This document shows, in pieces, positions 8,314 through 18,470 of a DNA stretch of 64,000 nt (the first letter of the stretch is position 1; each line of letters starts with the position of its first letter). The stretch comes from Oligoflexus sp. GTDB lineage: Bacteria > Bdellovibrionota_B > Oligoflexia > Oligoflexales > Oligoflexaceae. The notes below the pieces were generated by a model that worked only from the letters and a program-made list of their open reading frames with translations, was not told the DNA's origin and ran no database searches. The translations under genes and the position numbers were made by a program. The stretch lies in contig JBGSTX010000025.1 of NCBI GenBank assembly GCA_041736305.1, positions 493 through 64,492 on the forward strand. Reading direction: 5' to 3'.

Positions 8314-9360
8314 TTAAATTGAGGGTGAGTCATTAGTTGTGATCATAGCCTCATTCAGCCTCAAACTTACATTTTGCGCTACTTCAAGAGTAACGGAGGC
8401 TCCCTGGCAGAAGCTAATCATAGGGACGGTATGGCCGCAGTCGAAGTTACTTACAATTGGAAAAGTATACGCAGCGCAAATTTCCTCGAGAACGCTTTCA
8501 TAAGCTTCATAAGCTAAGTCCTTTTCCGGGAATTCAATCTTGCTGAAAATCAAGCCTTTGATCCCTTCAAAGACTCCTAGGAGCTTTAAGTGCATTAAGC
8601 GCCTTTCAAACATACTTAGGCTTACTTCCATATCTTCAATTAGAAGAATCGCCCCGTTCAAATCGGGAAAATAGGGAGTTCCAGCGATGGCGAGGACCGT
8701 CGAGAGGTTAACGCAAACCAGGGGAGCTGAAACGCGACCGTGTTTTAATCCTCGCCATCCTGGATTATTTGTATATATCTTCACACCTTCCTTCCATCGG
8801 CCTCTCGCATAATCTCGAAAGTGATTCGACCATTGGGGCGGTGCCTCTATCGCATAAGGTGCTCCGCCCGATAATAGTTGCCTAAAATAATGGAGAGTTG
8901 TCGGATCTGGTAGCGGCCATTCCCCAAACGAGGGAGTGAGAGCAGGACCATAGCATGTACTTAAGCCTGATTGAGTCATAATCGCCATATGGAGGCTGGT
9001 AACATCGCTATAGCCACAGATGAGTTTCCGGGATCTTCTGATGAGGTCGTAGTCCAGGTAGGGGAGGAGAGAGGAGGTGTTATGGCCGCCAATGTTGGCC
9101 ATAACGATATCGATATTTTCGTCAGAAATGAGGCTCATAAATTCAGCAGCTCTGCTCTGACCCGACGCCGTTCTATGGTGCTGGATAGACTGAGACGCGG
9201 TAAGCTCCCCAAGCTTCACTTTAAAGCCCAAGCTTCGCAAGTTATCCACACCATGCATAAATTTGTCTCTAAGACCGACATGAGCCGGACTAGAAGGCGT
9301 GAAGATTCCAACTGTCAGTTGGCGCTGCTTTAATATTGGCTTTAAAAGGCTCTTCTGCAA
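8314..9360 (-). CDS. S66 family LD-carboxypeptidase (LdcA/MccF-like)
   Basis: Nucleophile elbow ICGYSDVTSLH, a C-terminal DCGHTVPM histidine block, and size typical of the family. Confidence 0.75.
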   Translation of the reverse strand: MQKSLLKPILKQRQLTVGIFTPSSPAHVGLRDKFMHGVDNLRSLGFKVKLGELTASQSIQHHRTASGQSRAAEFMSLISDENIDIVMANIGGHNTSSLLPYLDYDLIRRSRKLICGYSDVTSLHMAIMTQSGLSTCYGPALTPSFGEWPLPDPTTLHYFRQLLSGGAPYAIEAPPQWSNHFRDYARGRWKEGVKIYTNNPGWRGLKHGRVSAPLVCVNLSTVLAIAGTPYFPDLNGAILLIEDMEVSLSMFERRLMHLKLLGVFEGIKGLIFSKIEFPEKDLAYEAYESVLEEICAAYTFPIVSNFDCGHTVPMISFCQGASVTLEVAQNVSLRLNEAMITTNDSPSI

Positions 9361-9372
9361 TTTTATGCCCTC

Positions 9373-12300
9373 TTAATGTAAGGATGGATTGTCGAGCTTC
9401 TGTCGCAGACCATCTTCAATGCTCTTAGCATGCTGAGAAAGCGTGTTAAGTAAAGGTCGTATCGCATCCACACTGCCCCCCTCATGTGCAGCCCGTTCTA
9501 TTTCGGCAGCATCACCTGTAATGATCATATAACCAGCGGATCCACCTGATCCCTTTAATTGATGAGCCAGCCTTCTGATATCTTCAATTTTTCCGTTCTC
9601 CAGCAATTTACGCATCTGATTGACCCGATCTCCGATCTTGTTTACAAAAAAAATGACCGCGTCCCGCATATAGGGGTCATCCAGTAAAGGCGAAACTGGT
9701 ATTGCACTTGCGTCTACCGTCTCTTCTGGCGCTTGAAAACGACTTTCTACTCTGCGGCTGGTTCTTCCATGCAGCGCAACGGCCTGAATAAGATTATCAC
9801 GGCTCACAGGTTTGCTCAGATGATCGGTAAATCCAGCATCTAGGCATTGCTCGCGTTCACCTTTCATGGCATGTGCGGTAAGGGCGACGATAGGGCCTTG
9901 ATAGCCTGCCTTCCGTAGAGCCTTGGTCGCATCGTAGCCGTTCATGAGAGGCATCTGAATGTCCATCAGAATCACATCGTAGCGATAAGCCTGACCCTTT
10001 CGGAGAGCTTCTTGCCCATTGCTCGCCAGTTCGACCTGCGCACCAGCGGATGAGAGAAATGCCATCATCATCTTTTGGTTGTCTTCGAAGTCCTCAACCA
10101 GGAGGACCTCAAGATCCTCCAAAGATCGACTCTCATCTTTAAATCGAACTTGCTCTGGAACATGTTTTCCGATATCTGCTCCGCGGATAAGATTTATACT
10201 GCTTAGATCACCGGCGCTGACCGTAATGCGAAAAAGGCTACCCCTGTCCACTTTGCTTTCGACGAGAGCGACGTCTCCATCCAGCAATCTTGCTAGTCGC
10301 CTAGACAGGCTAAGCCCAAGCCCAGTTCCCCCGAACTTTCGAGTAATAGACGAATCAGCTTGGCTGAAAGGTTCGAATATTTTCGTAAAGTTTTCGGATG
10401 TGAGGCCGCATCCGGTATCGCGTACATCGATCTGTAGACATTTCAGCTCGCGAGAACGAGTGTCAATGACGGGGCGAATCAAGACGTCAATACCACCGTG
10501 ACTTGTGAACTTGACCGCGTTGCCGATGACATTGATCATGATTTGCCGGAGTCGGGTGCCGTCTGTCTCAATCGTCTCTGGAATAAGGCTCTCATCAAGA
10601 AGTTTTAAATAAAGTCCTTTCTGCGCAGCCTTGATCTCAAGAAGCGTAAGTGCATCATGAACAATGGGGACAAGACCTGTCCTTACCATTTCGACCTCCA
10701 GGCCTCCAGCTTCTATTTTAGAAAGGTCAAGGAGGTCGTTGATCAGCGCAATGAGGTTTTCCCCGTTGCGGAGGATAGCCGCCGCATAGCTCAGGCGATT
10801 AGCTTCTGTGACAGTCGGGGAGGAGAGTAGCTCAGCATGGCCCAAAATAACCCCGAGAGGAGTTCTTATCTCGTGGCTCATGTTGGCGAGGAAGATGCTC
10901 TTAGTCTGGCTAGCCTGTTCAGCCAGGTTCTTAGCTTTTTTTAACTCGACTTCGACTCTCTTCCGATCTGAGATGTCACGGACCGCTGCGACAGCCAATT
11001 TCTCTGAATCTGAAACCACGGGACTCAGACTAATCTCGGCATAGAAAGTTGTGCCGTCTTTCCTAAGGCCAAAGAGTTCACGTCCGCCGCCCATCCTCCG
11101 CGTTTCTCGGGAGGCCATAAACCCGAGGCGCATAAAACGATGACGATCGCGAGAGCTTTCAGGAACTAGCAATTCAATATCCTTGCCGATAAGCTCGTCA
11201 TGCGCATAACCAAAGAGTGCGACAGTTTGCGAATTGGCATGCAAGATCTTACCGTTTTCGCTGATTATGACAAGCCCGTCCGGAGCTGCCTCGAGCAGTC
11301 TTGCAAAACGTTCATCCGCCGCCTTTCGCGGGGTGATGTCTATATTGATGCCTACCGAACCTTCTATAGCTCCTTGCTTATCTCGGTAGACATGGGCTCG
11401 GGTTAAGACCCATCGATATTCACCAGATTTGTGGCGCAAGCGGTACTCAACTTCAAAGTCTGGAGTGGGGTTTCGGTTGAAGTTTTGGAACGCTTGAAGT
11501 GTCGCAGGGAGGTCGCTGGGGTGAACCCGAGAAGTCCATTCGTCAGGACTCGAGGTAATTTCGCTTTCTTCAAAGCCGAGTTGGCTTTTCCATAAGGGCG
11601 AGTAATAGGCGATCTGGAATTTCATGTCCCACTCCCAGAGAGCGAGATTGGCTCCTTGGAGAGCAACCGAAAGTCGCTCCTGGCTATTGCTGAGTGCTTT
11701 CTCTGTGGCGCTTAGTTTCTTGATCGTCTCTTCTAGGTTCCTATTCATCTCTTCTGACAGTCGACGCCGATTCGCCAGGGACTGAGTAACTGCCGTTACT
11801 CCCGCCAGCGCAAGTGCTATCAAGGATCCAGCCAGCAGTACCTGTTCTGGAAGAGTGGTTTTGTTTCGGGATAAGAACGCTTGCGTCGGAGCCACATCAA
11901 CCCTCCAGCGCGAACCATAGAGATCGAACGTGACGGATTGGCCGAAAGTGGTAAGTGCAATATTCTGAAGCTGAAAAAGGGCTTCACCTTGGGCTTCTAC
12001 AGTAAGCAGAAAATCACTGTTGTGCGTGACGGCTCCAAGCTCAGAAAGAACTTGGGATACTGAGAGACCAGCTTCGACGAAACCGTCCTGCTTTTGCCCG
12101 CTATAAATAGGTACAAAGAGAGCAACACCTCGACCGTCAGTCAGCAGATCGACAGGTGCGGAGGCGATAGTCGACCTCTCGCTTCTGGCTTGCTTGATTG
12201 CTGCCACGCGATGGGGTTCAAAAGCGATAGACCGCCCTTCCAGTATCGCACTCGGATCTGTCGATGCAGCCCAGCGAATATAAAGTGACTCATCGACCCA

Positions 12301-13170
12301 GGCGATCGTGCTAAATCCTCTGAGGTCTTTGAGAAGGAGATTTGCGTCAAACAACCATTGTTCTTTGGAAGGGCGCCCAAACCTCTCCCAGGTTCTCGCC
12401 ATGCGCTCGAGAGCATTAACATTGGAGCGCAACGCAGTCTCCAGCTCCACCCGTATGGTATCAGTATGCGCTGCGATCAGACTGCGAACTTGTTCTGATT
12501 GGTTCATATAGAGAGCCATCCAAAGCCCGATGGTGGCAGTTTCAAAAACAGTAAATACAGGTATAGCTAACCAAGCAATACTGCTGACGCGCTGCGTGCC
12601 GTCAATAGACCACGCGATAAGGCCGAGGCCGCAGACTATAAATCCGCACGCTGCTTCGAGAGACATCCCCACTGATCCATTCCAATAGTAAGCTAATGTA
12701 GCGCCTGTAATGTGGCCTAAGAGCGTTAAGACCGCGATCGCGAAGACTAGGGAGCCGAGAGTTGCAACTGCTGTTGGAGTATAGCGAGCTTCTCGCCAGA
12801 TTCCTACCACCATGGCGGCAAGTCCTAAGCAAAAAATACAGACCGCAGCGTTAAGCGATGCCTCCGCTCCATGCCGAGCAGCAAAAAAAATCCCAATTCC
12901 AAAGGCCGCCAAGAATCCTCCAAGAGGAATATTCAACCAGCGACGCTCGTAGTTCAAGAGGCCGAAGAAAGGGCAGAGGACGAAAAACGCGAAAGCCTCT
13001 ACTTTCGAGAGTGTAGGGAGAGACAGAGGTAGGGGACTTATGGAGGCTAAAATCAGAGCTCTAGCGATAAAAGTCGTTAGGACGTAGAGGCAAGCGATAG
13101 TAAAACAAGTGATCGAAATATATCTTAGGAAGATGCGCAGCCACTTAGGATGTTCTTTTCGAGGACTCAT
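9373..13170 (-). CDS. Membrane-bound hybrid sensor histidine kinase (multi-TM N-terminus, extracytoplasmic sensor, 2 PAS, HisKA, HATPase, REC, HPt)
   Basis: About 6 N-terminal TM helices plus a later TM. H-box MSHEIRTPLG. VRDTGCGL and GGTGLGLS ATP-binding boxes. Receiver DVILMDIQMPLMNG...LSKP. HPt AHQLKGSGGSAG. Confidence 0.9.
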   Translation of the reverse strand: MSPRKEHPKWLRIFLRYISITCFTIACLYVLTTFIARALILASISPLPLSLPTLSKVEAFAFFVLCPFFGLLNYERRWLNIPLGGFLAAFGIGIFFAARHGAEASLNAAVCIFCLGLAAMVVGIWREARYTPTAVATLGSLVFAIAVLTLLGHITGATLAYYWNGSVGMSLEAACGFIVCGLGLIAWSIDGTQRVSSIAWLAIPVFTVFETATIGLWMALYMNQSEQVRSLIAAHTDTIRVELETALRSNVNALERMARTWERFGRPSKEQWLFDANLLLKDLRGFSTIAWVDESLYIRWAASTDPSAILEGRSIAFEPHRVAAIKQARSERSTIASAPVDLLTDGRGVALFVPIYSGQKQDGFVEAGLSVSQVLSELGAVTHNSDFLLTVEAQGEALFQLQNIALTTFGQSVTFDLYGSRWRVDVAPTQAFLSRNKTTLPEQVLLAGSLIALALAGVTAVTQSLANRRRLSEEMNRNLEETIKKLSATEKALSNSQERLSVALQGANLALWEWDMKFQIAYYSPLWKSQLGFEESEITSSPDEWTSRVHPSDLPATLQAFQNFNRNPTPDFEVEYRLRHKSGEYRWVLTRAHVYRDKQGAIEGSVGINIDITPRKAADERFARLLEAAPDGLVIISENGKILHANSQTVALFGYAHDELIGKDIELLVPESSRDRHRFMRLGFMASRETRRMGGGRELFGLRKDGTTFYAEISLSPVVSDSEKLAVAAVRDISDRKRVEVELKKAKNLAEQASQTKSIFLANMSHEIRTPLGVILGHAELLSSPTVTEANRLSYAAAILRNGENLIALINDLLDLSKIEAGGLEVEMVRTGLVPIVHDALTLLEIKAAQKGLYLKLLDESLIPETIETDGTRLRQIMINVIGNAVKFTSHGGIDVLIRPVIDTRSRELKCLQIDVRDTGCGLTSENFTKIFEPFSQADSSITRKFGGTGLGLSLSRRLARLLDGDVALVESKVDRGSLFRITVSAGDLSSINLIRGADIGKHVPEQVRFKDESRSLEDLEVLLVEDFEDNQKMMMAFLSSAGAQVELASNGQEALRKGQAYRYDVILMDIQMPLMNGYDATKALRKAGYQGPIVALTAHAMKGEREQCLDAGFTDHLSKPVSRDNLIQAVALHGRTSRRVESRFQAPEETVDASAIPVSPLLDDPYMRDAVIFFVNKIGDRVNQMRKLLENGKIEDIRRLAHQLKGSGGSAGYMIITGDAAEIERAAHEGGSVDAIRPLLNTLSQHAKSIEDGLRQKLDNPSLH

Positions 13171-13345
13171 ATATTCTCCCTGGAATGAGAGTGCTATTTG
13201 CTAAGTTTGCCTGAGCTTCTAGCACTAGCTGACGCAAGATAGTGTGGTTTTTAACGCAGTTCGGCCCCATTTGAGTTTCAATTTTTGAATAACGCAAGAA
13301 CTACGCCATTGGCTGTCCATAGGCGTAGCAAACTAAGGGCACACA

Positions 13346-13876
13346 ATGACAACATATCCCAGCTCCCTCGAACCTCTCAGCCATGACTGGGAGGAAACAC
13401 GTCTTCCATTCGCCCATCTGGTCCGATCTTTTGTCTCCGGTGATCCCGAAGGCGAGCGGATTCGCGTTCGTTATTACAAGACAGGGGAAGCGGACGTGTT
13501 GAGAGGCAAGATATGGTTCGGGCCTGGTGCAGAGGGACCTCCGGGTCACGTCCATGGGGGAGCGCAGGCGGCTGCTCTCGATGAGATTTGTGGTGGTGCG
13601 GTCTGGGTCCATGGTTATAAAGTCGTAGCTTTAAATCTGGAGACGGACTTTCTTAATTTCGTTCCGCTCCAGAAAGAATTCGTTCTCTACGGCGGCATCA
13701 CTCGACGTGAAGGGCGAAAGATTTTTACCGAAGGACGTATAGAAGATCTGAACGGGCAGGTGCTAGCAAGAGGCCGGGTACTATTTCTCGAATTAAACGA
13801 GGAACAAGTCGCGAAATTCTCAGCTTTGAGCGGAGGACTGGGATTGTCGGCGGAGGTTCTACCTCCTAAGCGATAA
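13346..13876 (+). CDS. PaaI-family hotdog-fold thioesterase
   Basis: GHVHGGAQAAALDE core motif, with size and layout typical of the PaaI/YbgC-like hotdog fold. Confidence 0.65.
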   Translation: MTTYPSSLEPLSHDWEETRLPFAHLVRSFVSGDPEGERIRVRYYKTGEADVLRGKIWFGPGAEGPPGHVHGGAQAAALDEICGGAVWVHGYKVVALNLETDFLNFVPLQKEFVLYGGITRREGRKIFTEGRIEDLNGQVLARGRVLFLELNEEQVAKFSALSGGLGLSAEVLPPKR

Positions 13877-13903
13877 GGCAAATATTAGCCAAAGAGGACA
13901 TGT

Positions 13904-14257
13904 TCAAATCTCGATCCCAAAAAAACCAAGACATTTCGCATAGACCAGATAGACAAGAACCGTGATTCCCGCTGAAAGAAAGAACGCTAACCAAAAAGGA
14001 AGCTGTCTGCTCAACAATAGTGCAAAGGCCGGGAAGAAGGCCAGGGAAGGAGGTACAAGCCAGAACACACTCCATGATAGTGAGATCAATCGGCTCACGT
14101 CCTCGCTTTCATATCTTACCCAGATCAGTGTAAGTATCGAAGTAAACGGCAGCGCCAGGAGAACAGTGGCTACTGCCGATGATTTTTTCGAAAGTTCAGA
14201 CGCGAGAGCTATAATGATGGCCGACGCGAGAACCTTGAGGGCAAAAAAACCATTCAC
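13904..14257 (-). CDS. Small polytopic membrane protein (DUF3147-like)
   Basis: 117 aa with four hydrophobic helices. The N-terminal ALKVLASAIIIALASELSKKSS pattern matches my memory of DUF3147. Confidence 0.45.
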   Translation of the reverse strand: MNGFFALKVLASAIIIALASELSKKSSAVATVLLALPFTSILTLIWVRYESEDVSRLISLSWSVFWLVPPSLAFFPAFALLLSRQLPFWLAFFLSAGITVLVYLVYAKCLGFFGIEI

Positions 14258-14391
14258 TGCTAATTCCTCCTCGAAGAGACTTTCCGTGATCTAGACATCG
14301 TAGCCCAGCTCATCCATATGCGCTAATTTGACTTCTAGCATCCATACTGTGAAGCTACTATGCTACGAAGGTCTAAAACCTTGGTCGGAAA

Positions 14392-14784
14392 ATGAGATAT
14401 ATACTCTCTTACATTTTTGCTGTCCTCATGCTGATACCATTTCAGCTGCTGAACTACGTGAATACCACTATTCATTTGGTCGATCACGATCGCAGCCAGG
14501 ATATAGGCCTACATAGCGAGGACGATGAAGAAGAGCATAATCAACATCACCATTTTGATCGTGTTCCAAAATCCGAAGACCTATCTCATCGCCATGCACC
14601 GGATCAACCTTTCCACAACCATACCGTAGATATCTGGAGCTTCCTTTCTATGGCTGCTTTGAGCCGAGCGGCCGAGCCCGTGACATTTCCTTCATTTGTT
14701 TTCCTCGAAGCCCCTTTGTTTATAGTTGACGCGTCTATTTCTGCCCAGCTGTCTGGAAGCCTCTTTCGACCTCCCATCGCTTGA
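14392..14784 (+). CDS. Histidine/acid-rich small membrane-anchored protein upstream of the RND pump (possibly CzcI/DUF2946-like)
   Basis: N-terminal TM YIFAVLMLIPFQLL. The His-rich stretch is HLVDHD...HSEDDEEEHNQHHHFD...HRHAPDQPFHNH. The C-terminus is FRPPIA. Confidence 0.5.
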   Translation: MRYILSYIFAVLMLIPFQLLNYVNTTIHLVDHDRSQDIGLHSEDDEEEHNQHHHFDRVPKSEDLSHRHAPDQPFHNHTVDIWSFLSMAALSRAAEPVTFPSFVFLEAPLFIVDASISAQLSGSLFRPPIA

Positions 14785-14871
14785 TTCCTAAGGAAAAGAT
14801 TTATTAGAATTGGCGCTAAGAAGTTTGGCGCACCCTTGCTATGCGCTCTTCCCTAGTTTACGGAGAAGTAG

Positions 14872-17800
14872 ATGCTCAATGCCATTATTCGCTATTCCTT
14901 GAATCATCGCCTAACGATTCTAGGACTGCTGCTTGCTATATGTGCATACGGATTCACAGTAATAGGGAACTTACCCGTCGATGTTCTACCTAACCTGAAC
15001 CGTCCGACCGTTGCCGTGATTGCAGAATCCCACGGACTAGCTCCAGAAGAGGTCGAATCGATCGTTACGGTCCCCATCGAAGCTGTTTTGAGCGGGGCAC
15101 CTGGTGTACTACGGGTGCGATCTTCCAGCGGCATAGGCATAGCCATACTGCATGTGGAATTTGATTGGGGTACGGATATATTTCAAAATCGTCAGCTTGT
15201 CGCTGAGAGATTGCAACTCTTGCAGGGAAGGCTGCCTGAGGGGATCGTGCCCGTCATGGGTCCTGTAAGCTCTATCATGGGAGAAATTCAATTCGTCGGA
15301 CTTACAGCCGCTGATGAGAGCACCACTGCCATGGAATTGAGGACGTTTGCCGATTGGACTCTTCGGCCTCAGCTGATGACTATACCTGGGATCAGCCAGG
15401 TAATCGTTATGGGAGGCCAGGTCAAGCAGTATCAGATACTGGTATCCAGCCAAGCTCTGCAAAAGCGTGGAATCTCTCTGGAAGAATTCAAAGAATCAAT
15501 TCGCCACATCAGTGATAACACCACAGGTGGCTTTATCAATATTGGCGAGAAAGAGTATCTCATTCGCCCGCTCGGTCGGGTGGAGTCCATAGATGATATA
15601 AAAAATTCAGTGGTTGGCATGCACCTCGGACGAGCCGTCTACACTAAAGACGTGGCAGAAGTCCGCATCGGACCCAAACTCAAGCGCGGTGAAGGCAGTA
15701 TAAACGGAAAACATTCTGTTATTCTTACCATCCAGAAACAACCCAATGCCAGCACCATCGATCTCACTGCAGAAATCGACAAAAAACTTGACGAGATGAC
15801 ACCGATAATTCCAAAAGGCATAAAGCTCGAAAAAAACCTTTTCCGCCAAGCTCGCTTCATTGAGACGGCCATCGATAACGTGGAAGATGCTTTGCGAGAT
15901 GGCATCATTATGGTGGCGATTATTCTCTTCATGTTCCTACTGAATTTGCGAACCACAGCGATCACCCTCGTAGCGATACCTGTCTCATTGATTATGACAG
16001 CTATTATATTCCACCTACTTGGTTTAGGCGTTAACACGATGACCTTGGGTGGCTTAGCCGTTGCTATCGGCGAACTCGTAGATGACGCAATCGTCGATGT
16101 TGAAAACGTATTCCGCCGTTTGCGAGAAAATAAGCTGTCCGAGGCACCGGTGAATCCCCTTAAAGTTATTTATATGGCGACTACCGAGGTCAGAAACTCA
16201 ATCGTAATCTCTACGGCCATTGTCTGTCTCGTGTTCCTGCCGCTCTTCTCCCTAGGTGGCATTGAAGGTCGACTCTTCGTACCGCTAGGAATTGCCTATA
16301 TTATTTCCATCTTAGCTTCTCTGGCGATTTCGCTGACTATCACCCCGGTTCTTTGCTCTTATCTTCTTCCCCAGTCCAAGGCTATTGCCCATATTGAAGA
16401 TGGATTATTTGTGCGGATGCTCAAACAAGCGGCCAGTCGAATCCTGGTCTTTACCATGCCAAAACCCTGGCTGGTTTTTGGATTTTCGCTAGCTCTCCTC
16501 GCCCTTGCCTTGAGCCTTATACCCAAAATGGGACGCAACTTTCTCCCAGATTTCAACGAAGGCACAGCTACGATTGGTGTGGCAGCTGCACCGGGTATCT
16601 CATTGGCAGCTTCCGATGCCCTTGGTTTTAAGATCGAAGAAGCCCTGCTCTCTGTTCCCGAGGTAGTGTCAACCGTAAGACGGACAGGCCGAGCTGAGAT
16701 GGATGAGCATGCTGAGGGAGTTCACTGGCATGAGATCGATGTTGATTTCAAAGACGACGGCAGACCCCGGCCCCTAGTGCTAGAGGAAATTCGAGAAAAA
16801 ATAGAAGCCACAGGTGACGTTTATGTGAACCTAGGACAGCCCATAGGACATCGACTCGATCATTTGCTTTCTGGAGTACGTGCTCAGATTGCCCTTAAAA
16901 TTTTCGGCCCCGAACTCAGTGAGCTCCGACGACTAGGCGGCGAAACCTACAATCTGCTTGAGAAGATACCAGGAGTCGTCGATCTGCAGGTAGAGCCACT
17001 TGTCCTGATCCCACAGCTAAAAATTGCTGTGGATAGGGAAGAAGCTGGAAAGTTTGGAATCAGGTCAGGAAATCTGACGGAGGATCTGGAGATAGCATTG
17101 AACGGCGAGTCTGCAGGACAATTTATCGAAGGGCAAAGGACCCACGAAATATTTATGCGCCTTGATGATGAGTCACGATCGAGTCCTGAGAGCATCGGCT
17201 CGACTGTGATCAAGCGTCTCCCCAGCGGTCAGGGTGTCAAGCTCAATGATGTGACCCGAATCTACCAAGGAAGCGGACCGAATATGATCAATCGAGAGGA
17301 TATGCAGCGCAGGATTGTCGTGTCCGCTAACACCCAAGGCCGTGACCTCGGCGCCATAGTCGAAGATATTGAGGAAAAAATCTCGACGGGTCTCAAGCTT
17401 CCGGCAGGCTATTTTACCAAACTTGGAGGTCAATTTGAGAGTCAACAGAAAGCCTCTAAAAGAATCTTAATGCTAGGGTTGCTCTCGATGCTTGGTATTT
17501 TTACGGTACTCTATCTTCATTTTCGCTCGTGGGTTCTCAGTTTGCAGGTGATGCTGAATATTCCACTGGCGTTGATTGGAAGTGTTGTAGCTATATATTT
17601 AACGGAACGGGTCCTGTCGGTCGCTACACTGATCGCTTTTATTACGCTCTGTGGTATCGCATCCAGAAACGGGATCCTAATGGTGAGCCACTATTTGCAC
17701 CTCATGGCAGAAGAGGGTGAAAAATTTGGGAAAGCTATGATTTTAAGAGGGACTTTGGAACGATTAGTTCCCGTCCTGATGACGGCATCGACTGCCGCAC

Positions 17801-18000
17801 TTGCCTTGATTCCTTTACTGCTGGCAGCTGGTGAACCGGGTAAGGAGATTCTCCATCCCGTTGCTGTCGTGATTGTGGGTGGACTTGTGTCATCGACCAT
17901 CCTCGACTTGATCGTGACTCCGACGGCCTTTTACCTCTTCGGTGAAAAGGCCGCTGAGCAATATCTTCGCTTTAATGCCAACAAAGGAGCCCTCGTATGA
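14872..18000 (+). CDS. CusA/CzcA-family heavy-metal efflux RND permease
   Basis: 1042 aa with the 12-TM, two-large-loop layout. Conserved blocks are LGGLAVAIGELVDDAIVDVENVFRRL and RNGILMVSHY. Confidence 0.9.
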   Translation: MLNAIIRYSLNHRLTILGLLLAICAYGFTVIGNLPVDVLPNLNRPTVAVIAESHGLAPEEVESIVTVPIEAVLSGAPGVLRVRSSSGIGIAILHVEFDWGTDIFQNRQLVAERLQLLQGRLPEGIVPVMGPVSSIMGEIQFVGLTAADESTTAMELRTFADWTLRPQLMTIPGISQVIVMGGQVKQYQILVSSQALQKRGISLEEFKESIRHISDNTTGGFINIGEKEYLIRPLGRVESIDDIKNSVVGMHLGRAVYTKDVAEVRIGPKLKRGEGSINGKHSVILTIQKQPNASTIDLTAEIDKKLDEMTPIIPKGIKLEKNLFRQARFIETAIDNVEDALRDGIIMVAIILFMFLLNLRTTAITLVAIPVSLIMTAIIFHLLGLGVNTMTLGGLAVAIGELVDDAIVDVENVFRRLRENKLSEAPVNPLKVIYMATTEVRNSIVISTAIVCLVFLPLFSLGGIEGRLFVPLGIAYIISILASLAISLTITPVLCSYLLPQSKAIAHIEDGLFVRMLKQAASRILVFTMPKPWLVFGFSLALLALALSLIPKMGRNFLPDFNEGTATIGVAAAPGISLAASDALGFKIEEALLSVPEVVSTVRRTGRAEMDEHAEGVHWHEIDVDFKDDGRPRPLVLEEIREKIEATGDVYVNLGQPIGHRLDHLLSGVRAQIALKIFGPELSELRRLGGETYNLLEKIPGVVDLQVEPLVLIPQLKIAVDREEAGKFGIRSGNLTEDLEIALNGESAGQFIEGQRTHEIFMRLDDESRSSPESIGSTVIKRLPSGQGVKLNDVTRIYQGSGPNMINREDMQRRIVVSANTQGRDLGAIVEDIEEKISTGLKLPAGYFTKLGGQFESQQKASKRILMLGLLSMLGIFTVLYLHFRSWVLSLQVMLNIPLALIGSVVAIYLTERVLSVATLIAFITLCGIASRNGILMVSHYLHLMAEEGEKFGKAMILRGTLERLVPVLMTASTAALALIPLLLAAGEPGKEILHPVAVVIVGGLVSSTILDLIVTPTAFYLFGEKAAEQYLRFNANKGALV

Positions 18001-18449
18001 AATTCAGAGCCCTTATTCTAGCAGCCAGTCTCGCTTCTAGCATCCCAGCCTTCGCCCATGATGAAGGTCATGGCCCTAAGCTGTCCGATAGTGGAAAATT
18101 CGGTGGCTTGGTTTCAGCTGTAGTCGAGAAAAAGGACGCCAAGCTCGGTCCAAAAGCGCCCTTGATCAACAAGGCGGAGCTGGTTCGTTCGCCAGAGGGT
18201 ATGGTCCAGGTCTATATCTATGATGCTGAGATGAAGCCTATGGACGCCAGCGCTTGGAATAAGGAAGGGAAAGTAACTATGGCCACCGAAAAGAAGGGTA
18301 AGGTGCAATCTAAGGAATTCACCGTCACGCACGACGGTAAATCCTTTTCAGGAAAAATGCCTACCCCTATCGGCAAACCGTACAATCTCGATTTTGTTTT
18401 CAAGACCAAGGACAAGGAACTCCTGTCGGCGTTCGATAACTTAGACTAA
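17997..18449 (+). CDS. Periplasmic 150-aa protein with an N-terminal His motif, translationally coupled to the RND gene
   Basis: ATGA overlap with the RND stop. Signal peptide MKFRALILAASLASSIPAFA is followed by HDEGHGPK. The rest is beta-rich (FixH/YtkA-like is only an impression). Confidence 0.6.
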   Translation: MKFRALILAASLASSIPAFAHDEGHGPKLSDSGKFGGLVSAVVEKKDAKLGPKAPLINKAELVRSPEGMVQVYIYDAEMKPMDASAWNKEGKVTMATEKKGKVQSKEFTVTHDGKSFSGKMPTPIGKPYNLDFVFKTKDKELLSAFDNLD

Positions 18450-18470
18450 GAATTAACTAAGGAAGCAGCG

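Noticed and set aside
14258-14391. TTGACT…TACTAT upstream of the His-rich gene, considered as a MerR/CueR-type long-spacer promoter.
   Set aside because: The spacer length is ambiguous (18-22 nt depending on the -10 chosen). No dyad lies between the elements, and no MerR-family gene is nearby.
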